Origin: Klebsormidium nitens
Lineage: Eukaryota; Plantae; Klebsormidiophyceae
Assembly: GCA_000708835.1 (NCBI GenBank)
Contig: DF236964.1
Location: 248,001 to 312,000 of the forward strand
Direction: 5' to 3'
DNA: 64,000 nt
This document shows positions 12,838 through 23,175 of this stretch, in pieces. Below the pieces are notes generated by a model. It saw nothing but the letters and a program-made list of their open reading frames with translations, made no database searches and was not told the origin of the DNA. Both the position numbers and the translations under genes were made by a program. Within the stretch, counting starts at the first letter, position 1, and each line of letters opens with the position of its first letter.

Positions 12838-14474
12838 GTGATCTGGGGGGGTCGAGGTTGGGGGCGACGATGATGGGATGGAACGGATGGAGAACCGGGG
12901 GGAGAATGGGGCGGGGGGCGGGAATGGCAATGGGAAAGGTGGCTCGGCAGGGCGGCAATGAGCGGTTGTGCGCTTCAGTATGGATTTCGGAAGTAGACCA
13001 GCGGATTGTGCATTATGTAAGGAGAGGCGGCTGAATGTTGGGCTGAACATGCATATGGATGCAGCGCTCGCCTAAGCGGTGACTCGAGTTTGCCGACATT
13101 CATGCTGCATATCAGCCCTTTCAGCTTTTCCACACGATGTGCAATTGCATCTCATGGCATGATAATCGATTGTGACTGTCACTGAGTGTGCGCATAGTCG
13201 TTGACAATGCATTGTGCTGGCATAGCTACGTCCGCAAAATAACTGTATGTTGGACGGAGCGCCAATAAGTTGAGCATTAGAAAGAGTTGCCGCGGTTAAT
13301 ATCAAGTTAGCTGCACACAGCGCGTCATAATTGTAATGAAGAGCAGAATTGTGAGAGTTTACGGCCATGCATTTGCAGAAGATGTTATGCAGGCAAGCCG
13401 GTTTTACGTCTTCATCCCATGCAATTGAACCATGCCGGTTTGGCGGCTGTCGATACTTGATCGAAGCTAGAGCTAGTAAAACACTATCTCTTGTCTTGTC
13501 TTGCAAGTTAATTGGTCTCATGCGAAGCGTGCGCGCGCGGCCAGGGCCTGCTGAGCATGAAAGCTGCATACTAAAAGGCTAGAGTTAGTATTCGAGCCTT
13601 AGTATCGATCTTTCGATCCGACCGGATTTGAATCGAACATAGGATGAAATGCCTATGCAAGGCCGATCGCGCAACATGTGATTTATAATACCGTCAGTCA
13701 CAGTCACGCATGTGCATAGCGCGCTAAATATATGAAGAACGTAAATATTAGATTTGCCTCATGCTTGATGGATGATGCGGCCTGGAAAGCAGGCTGCTCA
13801 TGACTCAGCAAATGTGCATGTGCCTTTTATACATGCTTCATGCTTGAATTGCATGCGTGCTGCGCTGCAGAACCTTTTAGAAATGATGTCTTTGTTTGTC
13901 CTGTCACCTTCTTGATCTTGAGTCCAAATGTTAGATCGATGCGTGCACGGTATTGTTTGCTGTTGACGCCGACTGTTGTTTGCTGTTGACGACTGCCCAT
14001 GTTTCGTACGAGCCGAAGACACTCTACACATCAGCACTGACTTACATAAACCAATTCAGGATGCGCTCGCTCGCCTCGAGGTCGGATAGAGTTGACGAAG
14101 TCTTTCAAAAAACGTCCAATGCTGACGATCTTCTACCGGCGAGCGTCACTTACACGAGGTTAGAGTTATTCCAGCTGAGTACAATGCATACCAGCCTTTA
14201 TTTGATGAAACTGTGTATGGCACTGCTCACGAGTGCAGGCTTCCGCGGCGACACCTCTGCCCGCTTGACTGACTCCTCGTGGGCCCAAAATCTGACACCT
14301 AATCAACACGCGAACGCAGCGACGTTACTTCTCTGCGGGAGTCCGGTTTCATGCCGGAATCGTTAGTGCGACGTCCAATTCGACCTTCGTGAGACACCTC
14401 GACCACAACCCGCCAGCAATAACAGCTCAACGGGACCCCCCCAAACGTTTTTTCCCTTTCGGGGGGGTAACCGC

Positions 14475-17400
14475 CTACTTCTTGAAGTAGGACATGAGCG
14501 AGCCTTGGTGAATCTCCGCCCCCATGAACGAGATGGTCGTAAATTGGGGGAAGTCGCGGATCGCGTTGTTGTCCATGTCGACGAAGTATTCCGCCGGAAC
14601 GAGCGAGACGAGCAGCTCCCGAGCGTTCACCAGGCCCAGGTTTTGCAGGTCGGCGTTGATTTGGAGTGCCCGGTTCTTGGTGGTGGAGAAACTCTGGGTG
14701 GAGAGGTGGCCCATGGCCGAAGGGGAGAGCGGAATCTGCAAAAGCAGATTGATAATTTGGGTTAGGTTATCACGAGAGTTAAGATTCCCATTTTTGAGGG
14801 CCCGGTTCTTGGTGGTCGAGAAAGTCTGGGTGGAGAGGTGGCCCATGGCGGAGGGGGAGAGCGGAATCTGCAACAGGGTTTACTAAGTGGGTTAGGTAAT
14901 GATAGAATTTCCGTTCTTCTTGATTGCCCAGATCTCAAGAGCCACGGCTGCGAAGACGTTACGAATCAAACGCGCGTGCGGTTTTGACCGAAGATACCAA
15001 CCAGAACAGTGCCCAAATGGGACAGAGTTTTGATTGTCCAAATAAAAATCTCATTTTTGAAACCGAAAAGGTGCTCAGCTTCCGGGCTTGGATACGAACC
15101 CGTTCCAAACCTTCAGAACAAATGCATTCCGAGCGCCGAAGCTAGTGACCTTTTCCCGAGTCCGAAACGAACCCAATGACCAAACTCAAATAACTCCCAC
15201 ACCCTAAAATCAGCCAAATCCCTCACCTGCGTGAGCGTCCCCGCGTAATGCCAGTCGAGCGGCGTGTTGATCCCGACCGTCGGCTTGTTGATCCACACTT
15301 CGATAAGCGAGCGCTCGTCCTTGCGGACAGAGATCTGGTTAAAAATCAGCAGCTCCTGAACACCGGGGACGGTCGGGGGAGTCCTTTGGACGCGGTAGTG
15401 CGAGATGCCGCGGCCGACCTGCATCCGGATCCCAAACATTTAGATGTATGAAGAGGGCTAAGTCTTGTCCACGGTACCATTGCTTCACAATGGACCAAAC
15501 GATTGGGGTAAGGCTGGATTTGTAACGACGTGGTTACATCGCAAAGAAACAAGACCAAATGATTGGGGTAGCTGACTTTGTGACGACCTAGTTACATCGC
15601 GAAGAACCAAATTGCTCGAAAGCCAGCGAAAGTTGCCAAGTCGACGTGGAGACGGCTCCAACCTCTGGTTTCTAGCTGGTTCGGTGCGATTTTGGGCAGA
15701 GACTGGTCACGAAGTTGCAGAAACTGGTCAATCAATTCGCCATGACCCAAAATGAAGTTCGCAAACCGTTATGCCCAAGTCTATTCGAAAGCCCAACACG
15801 GACAGTGCATTTCAGCGGGCCAGCGTGTTTCAAATACAATGCACTATTTCTTAGACGAGCTTCTCTCACTTTTCCATGGAGATTTTCAATGGGTAACGGA
15901 ACGGAACTGGAACGGAACAGGATTTTCACCTTGACGGGCTGGCCCATGGAGGAGTTGAGGTCGGTCACTTGGATCTTGAGCGCGGGGTATTGCGCCAGGA
16001 GTTCCGCCACGGTGTTGGCCGGGGCGGGTTCCGGTTCCGCCAGGAGCTTCCGGAGTGGGGGCGGAAGGGGGTTGGCCGGCACGGAGGCGGAGGCTGCACC
16101 GTTGAACAGAAGAATTGAAACGGTTGGTCTTTGTTCCGTGAAGGAATTGGGTCCAAGGGTCGAAGAGAGTGAGGGTAAAATTACTGCTGGGGACGTTTGG
16201 TTCAGGCGGATCCCGAACTGTCTCAAAAGTACTGCCTGACACACATAATGAAGGAAGAATGTTTTCAACCCTTGAATCCTAGGAGGGAGGAATACTTTCA
16301 TAATTATTTTGCTTGGATTTTCCCTTGCATCAGGACAACCCATTTTGGCTTTCCCCACCATCTGAAAGTACAGAGGCTTTCCGAAGTCCTCAAGAACTAG
16401 TAGTGACCCAAGACACGAGCCCATTCAACTCACCGGCGGCCACTCCCGAGGGACCGGCGTTTGTCGCGTTCCACAGTTAACCGCCGAAGCGTAAATGTGA
16501 CCCAGGTTAGTGTCGGAAATCTCAACACAAACTTGTACAGACCACTTACTCTTTCTCTCTTTCCCGGAACGGAACATTTCCAAGCAGTTCTAACTTTAGC
16601 TGACCCCCGTGCGAGGCTTTCCATATTCCCTACGAAAACAAATCGGCCCAAGCCACGGGAAAAAGTACTCACCGGCGGCAACCCCCGAGGGACCGGCATT
16701 GGTTGCGTTCCACAGGTTAAGCGCCGGGGCGTAAGTGTAACCCAGGTTAGCGGTGTCGAGAACGTCGGCGACCGTGATCGTCTCCAGAACGCCGTCCGGC
16801 CGGTAGAAGGTGTAGACGGAATCGAGCCAGGCCGGATCGTCGAAGAGCTCGTTGAAGCCGGACGACGTGTTGGCGTTGGGCTGCCTCTGCCACTCCGTGA
16901 AGAGGCGGTCCTGAGAAAAGACGGGTTAAAGTGTGTTAGGCGCTGGGTTAAGGGCTAAATTAGACGAGGATTGAGTCGGGGAAGGCCGGCAAGATTGGTT
17001 TGGAGGACAAGGTGTGGTATCGGGCTGCTTCGTCCCATATAGAAAAGTGGTCCCGAAGAAAGAAGAAAGAAGAACTTGAAAGGAACATTGTTCGGAACAT
17101 TGTTCAGAAATGGTGTATCGGCAGCTGTTCAAACTTGAAGTGGAAAGAAAGACTCTGCTTGTTGTGCTCGGAAGAGAACTCGAAGTCTGAACGTTGGGAG
17201 GAACTCGGTCTTGGAGCGACAAGGTGAGAACAGTGTTGAGTAGATAGCGGAAAACGAAGAAAGCCTTTTACACTTTCCACTTCCACGATCCGCGCTGCAG
17301 GACCCCTTCTGGACACAGAGTCTGACTGCCTCGCGGCCATTTTCACGAGGCGACTTTTAGAGAATCGAAGAATTTTCCACGAAGAAGAGAGCAATTCCTA

Positions 17401-20400
17401 CAACAGACATCGTCAAGAAGATATAGGTTGCTCTGCCTTCAAGAAAGCGCTCAAGTCCAATATCGATTTCCGTGACATAAGCAGAGAAGGCGACTCACGA
17501 TGTTGTAGTGATGAGACCAGAAGGACGGGTCCCATCCGGCGGTCGTAAAGGAGCCCATGTTGTGGAAACGGCACGTGGGGCACGTGCCAGATTCGGGGAA
17601 GAGGCTCAGGTCCAAACCGGGTTGAAACTGCGCCTGCGCTCCGACGGCAGAATGCGCAAACCCGTGGATGATCTCGATCGTGCCCTGGTTGCCATAGTCG
17701 CTCTGGAAAGGACGAATCAACAAGTGGGTTAAGAAGTGTGCTCAGGGTTGAAGACCGATTAAAGAGAGAGGGGTTAGGTTCAAACCCGGTTGAAACTACG
17801 CCTGCGCGCCCTCGGGAGTGCGCACAGGCGTGGATGATCTCGATAGAGCCCTGGTTGCCGTAGTCTCACTGAAGAGAACGGGTTAGGAGGTGGGTTAGTC
17901 GTCGACGGTTAAGAAAAAGGGTCGGTCACGTTCAAAACCCAGCTCGAAATGCGCCTTCGCGTCGATGGCGGAGTGCGCGAAGCCGTGGATGATCTCGATC
18001 GTGCCCTGCTTGCCGTAGTCGCTCTGAAGAGACCGGGTTAAGGAGTGGGTTAGTCGTCGAATGAAGAAAGAGGGTCGAGTCCAACCCCATCTGGAACTCC
18101 GAAAAGCAAAAACCCTGGCTGCCAATAGATTCTCTGAACAGCACGTGTTGAGAAGTTGTTTGGAGATACTTTTTACTCTACTCCTAGGATGCCGTAGTCG
18201 TGTTCAGATCTCAAAAACAGTGCCCAAGGACTCACCTTGGTAATCCAGAACGACGGTGGCCGGTTAGAAACCAGGCTGAAGTTAGAAGACGTGCATAGAA
18301 ACAAAACTTGAGCACTCAACCCAGGCAAAGGTCACAGACATAAAGAAGGCAAAATGAGCACTAAATCTGGCGATACCTCGAACAACCTGAACCAGTCAAT
18401 TACTGGCAAGAATATTGGACTGGCAACTTCTGGACTCAGGCCAAATCGAGGACTCTTTATAGACCCGCCCAAGACTTTGGTGGGCTGATCTCCAATTCTC
18501 GTAGACTTCGCAACCGTCCAACAAAGTGTCTGGGTCAGCTGGGTCTGGAGGAACCCTCATACCATGACTCTTGCAATCCTTCACCTGAAAACCGAGATGC
18601 CTGAACTCCAACAAGACCGACAATTCCACAACTCCGAGAGCAAGTAAACATGCTTACCACAGTGGGATCTGACAGGCCGAGTGCCAGATACGGGTCCGAC
18701 GTCTGCGTGACGGCTTTGTATGTCTCAAGGGCAGAGCAGTACCGCTGCATCAGCGCAATTCCGGCGGTATCGTTCTGGGTCCGCTTGATGTCATACAGAG
18801 GGTTCTTTTTGTCGAGGTACTGGGGTAGCAACCAGGAGCCTGGATAAAGCGGGGGGAAAGCGTATGCATAAGCTCGTATGCATGTGGGTTGGTCGTATGG
18901 GTCAGCTCTCTCAAAAAAAGAGCTACAATCAGAGGTTGGGTACGGACAGCTGGTAAAGAGCGGCTTACGAGGTAGGTTGTGGTTGCATCAGGAGACAATT
19001 AGTGCAACGGTTGTGGGATGGTTTGTGGGCCAGTCCAAGGACTTTCTTGGGCTCGTCTTGAGGGACGTATGGGCTGATAACTAAAGGATCCGTGTACAGG
19101 GCAAACGAAGGGTCCTGGTTTGTTACAAGTGCTGATCTTACAACGGTTCATGAACCGTTCTAAACTGGCTGTGAGCTGGCGAGACTGGATCCACATACGA
19201 ATATAAGCTCATTATGATTACGTGGCGAAAAGAGCTTTCATGTGGCTCTGGGCATGTCTTGAGCGCAGTACAGCAGTTTGATTCACGAAATGTCAAAAGA
19301 GCTTTGTAAGCACATCCTCTACCGCTTTTGTTTCTCGACCAAGTGGGCAACAAAAAGAACGACAACCAAAAGAAGGCGAAGGATCGAGCAGCCGTTCTGA
19401 GATAGTCAAGCCAAAATTCACACTCGAATATCTGGCGCTCGAGAAGCTCATTCTGGAAACGAAAGCTCGGTCAAAACTGAACCAGAACTGCATGACTTTC
19501 CGAGCGCGGGGATGCAGCTTCAAAGCAGGAGCTTACCGTTGGGGTTGTCCCACTCCTGCAAAAAGAAGATCGAGCAGAGTGAGTAGTTGACTCCTCAAGG
19601 GTGACTTGACAAGCTTTCCAGCTTGTAATCAAGTTTGCAGATTCCCGTTGAGAGAATGCACAGACCGCACAACATGCGAACCTGAGTAAGTTTGCTGCGG
19701 ATGACCCCATCATGTAGAAGCAGTCCAGCGATGAGGTCATAGTTACGCACCACGACAGATTAAATGTCAACTCAGCGAAAAGAGGGCGTCGAAAACAGAA
19801 AATGCGCACTCACCCAGTAAGGCATGGCGAAGGAAGGGTCGTTGAGCAGGAACTTCATGGACTGCTCGAAGTAGTAGATCTCGGCGCGGTGCCACGGCAG
19901 AAAGTGCCACCCGTTGTGAATGTAGCCCTGGGCCTTGGCTGTCGTGCAGTGGTAGCAGTGGACCTGAAAGTAGGTTAAGGAGCGGGTTAATCATTGATCT
20001 AATTATGAAAGTATCTCTAGGGTTCAAAATACGAGTCTGCTGCATTGCAAGGCTGTTTGTAACATGAGGATGTACGTCTGGGCCTTGACCGTTGTGCAGT
20101 GGTAGCAGTGGACCTGAAAGTAGGTTAAAAACCAGGTTGATGCGCTAAGAGGTATGAGCTTATCTGGAATCGAAATTGGGTTTGCTAAGTTGGACGGCTG
20201 TTTGTGACGTACACGAGTTTTTACATCTGGGCCTTGACCCTATTGCAATGGTAGCAGTGGACCTGGAAGTAGGTTAAGAAGCGGGTTCATCAGCTGACAC
20301 GTATGGGGATTTTTGTGGAATGGAAAGTGGGTTTGCTGGGTTGGAAGAAGGTCTGTGGATCGACAATATACACCTGGGCCTTAACCAGCGTGCAGTGGTA

Positions 20401-23175
20401 GCAGGAGAGCTGGAAGGGGGAAAAGAAACTCTCGGGCCGTTAAGCAGTGGCAAAGCCTGAGGGGGGTTCAGGTGGGCTGAAGATCTATGGGATCCAGGGG
20501 GGGGGGGGAGGGGAGAAATGGAGAGGTGCGTGACTTTTACAGAGCCAAAAATCGTTGGGGGGTGTGAGGAACAGCAGTCAAATGGGGTTGGAGTTTGGTT
20601 TCATTTCAATACAGCGAAGTTCAAGGGCGAAGAGTGAAGAAAGGGACACGGCTTTTTAGCTTGCCTAAAAACTCTGTCTGGCAATTGCCGTGAAGTCGAA
20701 CTTTGATATGCACAGATCTGATACAAAAGTGGGCTTCATGTGAGCACAATATTGGCGAACAACAGGTGGCAACGCCTCTTGGATATCTGCAATGCCTGGT
20801 GCATGCACGGAGGCAGTGTTCCTTGATGAAGCTGGGTGATTTGTCAGGACATATATGGCGAGGAAAGGAACGCGCAACGTCTTGATCCTGCATGCTTTCT
20901 ATAATCGGTGCGGCTGGCAATAAACACAAGGGCTATATATCTCACATGTCAAGTTTGTTTCAGAACACATACACAAGGAAACTGATCCAGATCAGTGTCT
21001 TGCAAAACTGCTATTCGTATGCTCATACTGATGTTTACTGAATCATAGGAGGACCATACAGTTCTCTTGGTTGCGAACGACGATGAAAGAATCTCATCAT
21101 ACCATACAAGTCTCAGCTGTCAGTCACAAACATATCAAGCTGTTTTGAAAGCTCAGTTCAGATGCAAAAGCGCAACGAGCAGTACAGACCAAGCTGTGAG
21201 CAATGAACAATGAGCACTGAGGAATAAGGAATAACAATGGGAATGATATATAAGCAAGAGATAGTATGCTCAATCCTCACCCTGGCCTTGTTCTTGAGGC
21301 TGTTCTGGTTTTTGGACTCTCCATTCAAGCCGCGCATCAGGTCAAAACCCTTGGCGAGCTGAGCCATGTACGCCGGGTCATTGACAACGTCCAGCCAGGA
21401 GCGCCGTACACTCAGGGGCTTGGTTCTATCATACCCTTGGAACTTCTGCAATAAAAAGGGAGATGGCAAGCTGTCAGTCCTTGCTTCTTAATCATGCCTG
21501 GAAAAGGTGTTAGTGACTTGATTCTTGTCTAAGGAAAGGAGCGACCACTGGGAGGTCTGCTTTTGACGTATCTTTAGAGGTTCTTCAGGGGAGCAAAGGA
21601 AATGCAGAAATATCAGCGGGATTGTTGAAACAAAAGGTCCATCTCTGGCGGAGAACAAAGCAACAGCCTTGATGGGTTTGGTATTGCTAGATATGTAAAA
21701 CTTCTGTATGGTTACAAGACAACCAGGTGTGACCTTTGCTGATGACAGAGTATGGCAGAGCTGGAGGATTTGGATGAAGGGGGCTGTCACAGAGGAGTTT
21801 CATGGCGATTGCTTGGGCAAAACATGAAGAACAAGAAAACAAACTTATTTGGAAGCTAAGATCCACGAAGGAAAGCAGATGAGAAAAATCTTTCTTTCAT
21901 TGGCGCCTGTCGGGAAGATGGAACTTCTGGAAGAAAGACCTTGAAAAAAGACTTTCTGAAGAGATTGCAAGATTGCGAAGTCAAAGAGATTTGGCTTCCA
22001 TAGCGCCAGAGAAAAGGTGCAACTCCTGAAGAAAGATCTTGATTGTAACCTATCTCAAAAGAGAAGAGGTTATCCCAAATGCCATCGATCTTCCGGAAAC
22101 ACCATGCAATCAAGAAGTTAATACACAGATTTAAGCAGTCCTTATTGAGTGACGGAAGTTTACTGCTAGGTTCCAGGTTTGCTATGAAGTCTGCTGCGCA
22201 GGTTTATTATGAGAAAGGCATGTGGGATGGATCATGCGCAAGCATCAGACTGCAAGTGTGAAACCCACAAACGAATGACACCAAAAGCAGCCCAGAACCT
22301 GTTGCATCCGTAAAGACAAACCTGAAATGACGTAATGTTTCCTGAGCTAGCTGCAGAGTGCAGTTTTTCAGCAAATCCAGCCTTTTTTCCAACTTAAGAG
22401 GTTGAGGAAGAATCAGAAAGAGAGAGGGTCCAGATGACTTGTGGTCTAGCTTGATGCCATTGTGAATCCCAAGTAAATAATCCGGCCAGATAATTCCTAT
22501 TACAGTAAGCACTCATCAGCTGCATATGGTTTCTCAAAGGGGGCACCTTGATAAGGCAAGCACGAACCACACTTCATACTCTTAGGAACTTTCAATGCTA
22601 GCATTGATGGCAAGCTGGGAGAGGTAATCCCCAACTCATCTGGAGCTCAAGATCAAGCGGCCATTTTCCTCTGCGCGTCACTTGCTTTCTTTGACTATCC
22701 CCACCTCAACAACCCTCTTTGAAAAGATCCACATGTTCAAGGTGAGCCTTTCTTCCACTCAAGCAAACCGGTTTGCAGAGAACGTAAGGCCAATCCCAGA
22801 CGGCGAGAGCAAACATATGCACGTTCCCTTACCATAAGCAAACAAGAAAAATTATAGATAGATGCGAAGCACACAAAGTCACTCAATGCTGACGTCACTC
22901 ACCACGGGCGTGCCCTTGTACGGCAGCGGGCAGCAGTCCCCGAGGTCCGTCCCCTCCTCCTTGACGTCGGTGACTTCCCCGGTCGCGCTGAGCACCATCG
23001 CGTTTCCCGAGTTGTCTTTCGCGGTGCCGGGGAGCGTCTTGCAGTTGTTGATGACGTCAGGCGTGATGTAGATGCCGCCGTCGGGCTGCGCGCCGAACAG
23101 CTGCTGGGCGGAGGCGCACGCCGCGAGGAGCGACACGAGCGCGAGGGCCGCGAGGAGCGGGCGGGGGGCCACCAT
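14475..23175 (-). CDS. PPO: Polyphenol oxidase / tyrosinase (type-3 copper) with N-terminal signal peptide, ~615 aa, 10 exons
   Basis: Exons (minus) 23175-22903, 21445-21281, 19963-19814, 19555-19537, 18839-18658, 17702-17499, 16910-16673, 16093-15930, 15418-15227 and 14735-14475 are phase-compatible (1848 nt). Signal-like MVAPRPLLAALALVSLLAACASA; N-terminal C..CCP; CuA VHCYHC...IHNGWHFLPWHR...NDPSFAMPYW-EWDNP; NPLYDIKR; CuB GTIEIIHGFAH...NMGSFTTAGWDPSFWSHHYNIDRL; DWL-like DPAWLDSVYTFY...DVLDTANLGYTY; KFDV-like ELLIFNQI...IEVWIN...HYAGT...LLVSLVP. Confidence 0.92.
14790..14880 (-). repeat. Upstream copy of the acceptor and first ~24 codons of the last PPO exon
   Basis: ttgcag|attccgctctccccctccgccatgggccacctctccacccagactttctcgaccaccaagaaccgggc at 14867, versus the true acceptor at 14735 (132 bp apart). 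Confidence 0.9.
16428..16520 (-). repeat. Copy of the 3' end and donor of the PPO DWL-domain exon
   Basis: ...ctaacctgggtcacatttacgc...gccggtccctcgggagtggccgccg|gtgagt at 16434 mirrors the true exon end at 16673, with a 1-nt deletion. Confidence 0.85.
17775..18035 (-). repeat. Two decoy copies of the acceptor and start of the PPO CuB exon
   Basis: Acceptors at 18023 (agcgactacggcaagcagggcacgatcgagatcatccacggc) and 17868 (tgagactacggcaaccagggctctatcgagatcatccac), versus the true acceptor at 17702; a possible faint remnant lies near 18190-18205. Confidence 0.9.
20060..20420 (-). repeat. Three decoy copies of the acceptor and start of the PPO CuA exon
   Basis: cag|gtccactgctacca-type starts at 20113, 20262 and 20409 (the last more diverged: cag|ctctcctgctaccac), versus the true start at 19963; spacings 150, 149 and 147 bp. 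Confidence 0.9.

Noticed and set aside
15075-15105. T-loop-like GGGTTCGTATCC on the minus strand
   Set aside because: No cloverleaf, D-arm or acceptor stem can be formed around it.
15732-16424. 230-aa minus-strand ORF as a standalone gene
   Set aside because: Only 16093-15930 is a PPO exon; the rest is read-through into introns.
18236-18584. Candidate extra PPO micro-exons (18584-18563 and 18275-18236) with plausible splice signals
   Set aside because: Their phases do not combine cleanly, and the direct 18658-to-17702 splice already gives the spacing expected for PPO (ALG + 13 aa + TIE).
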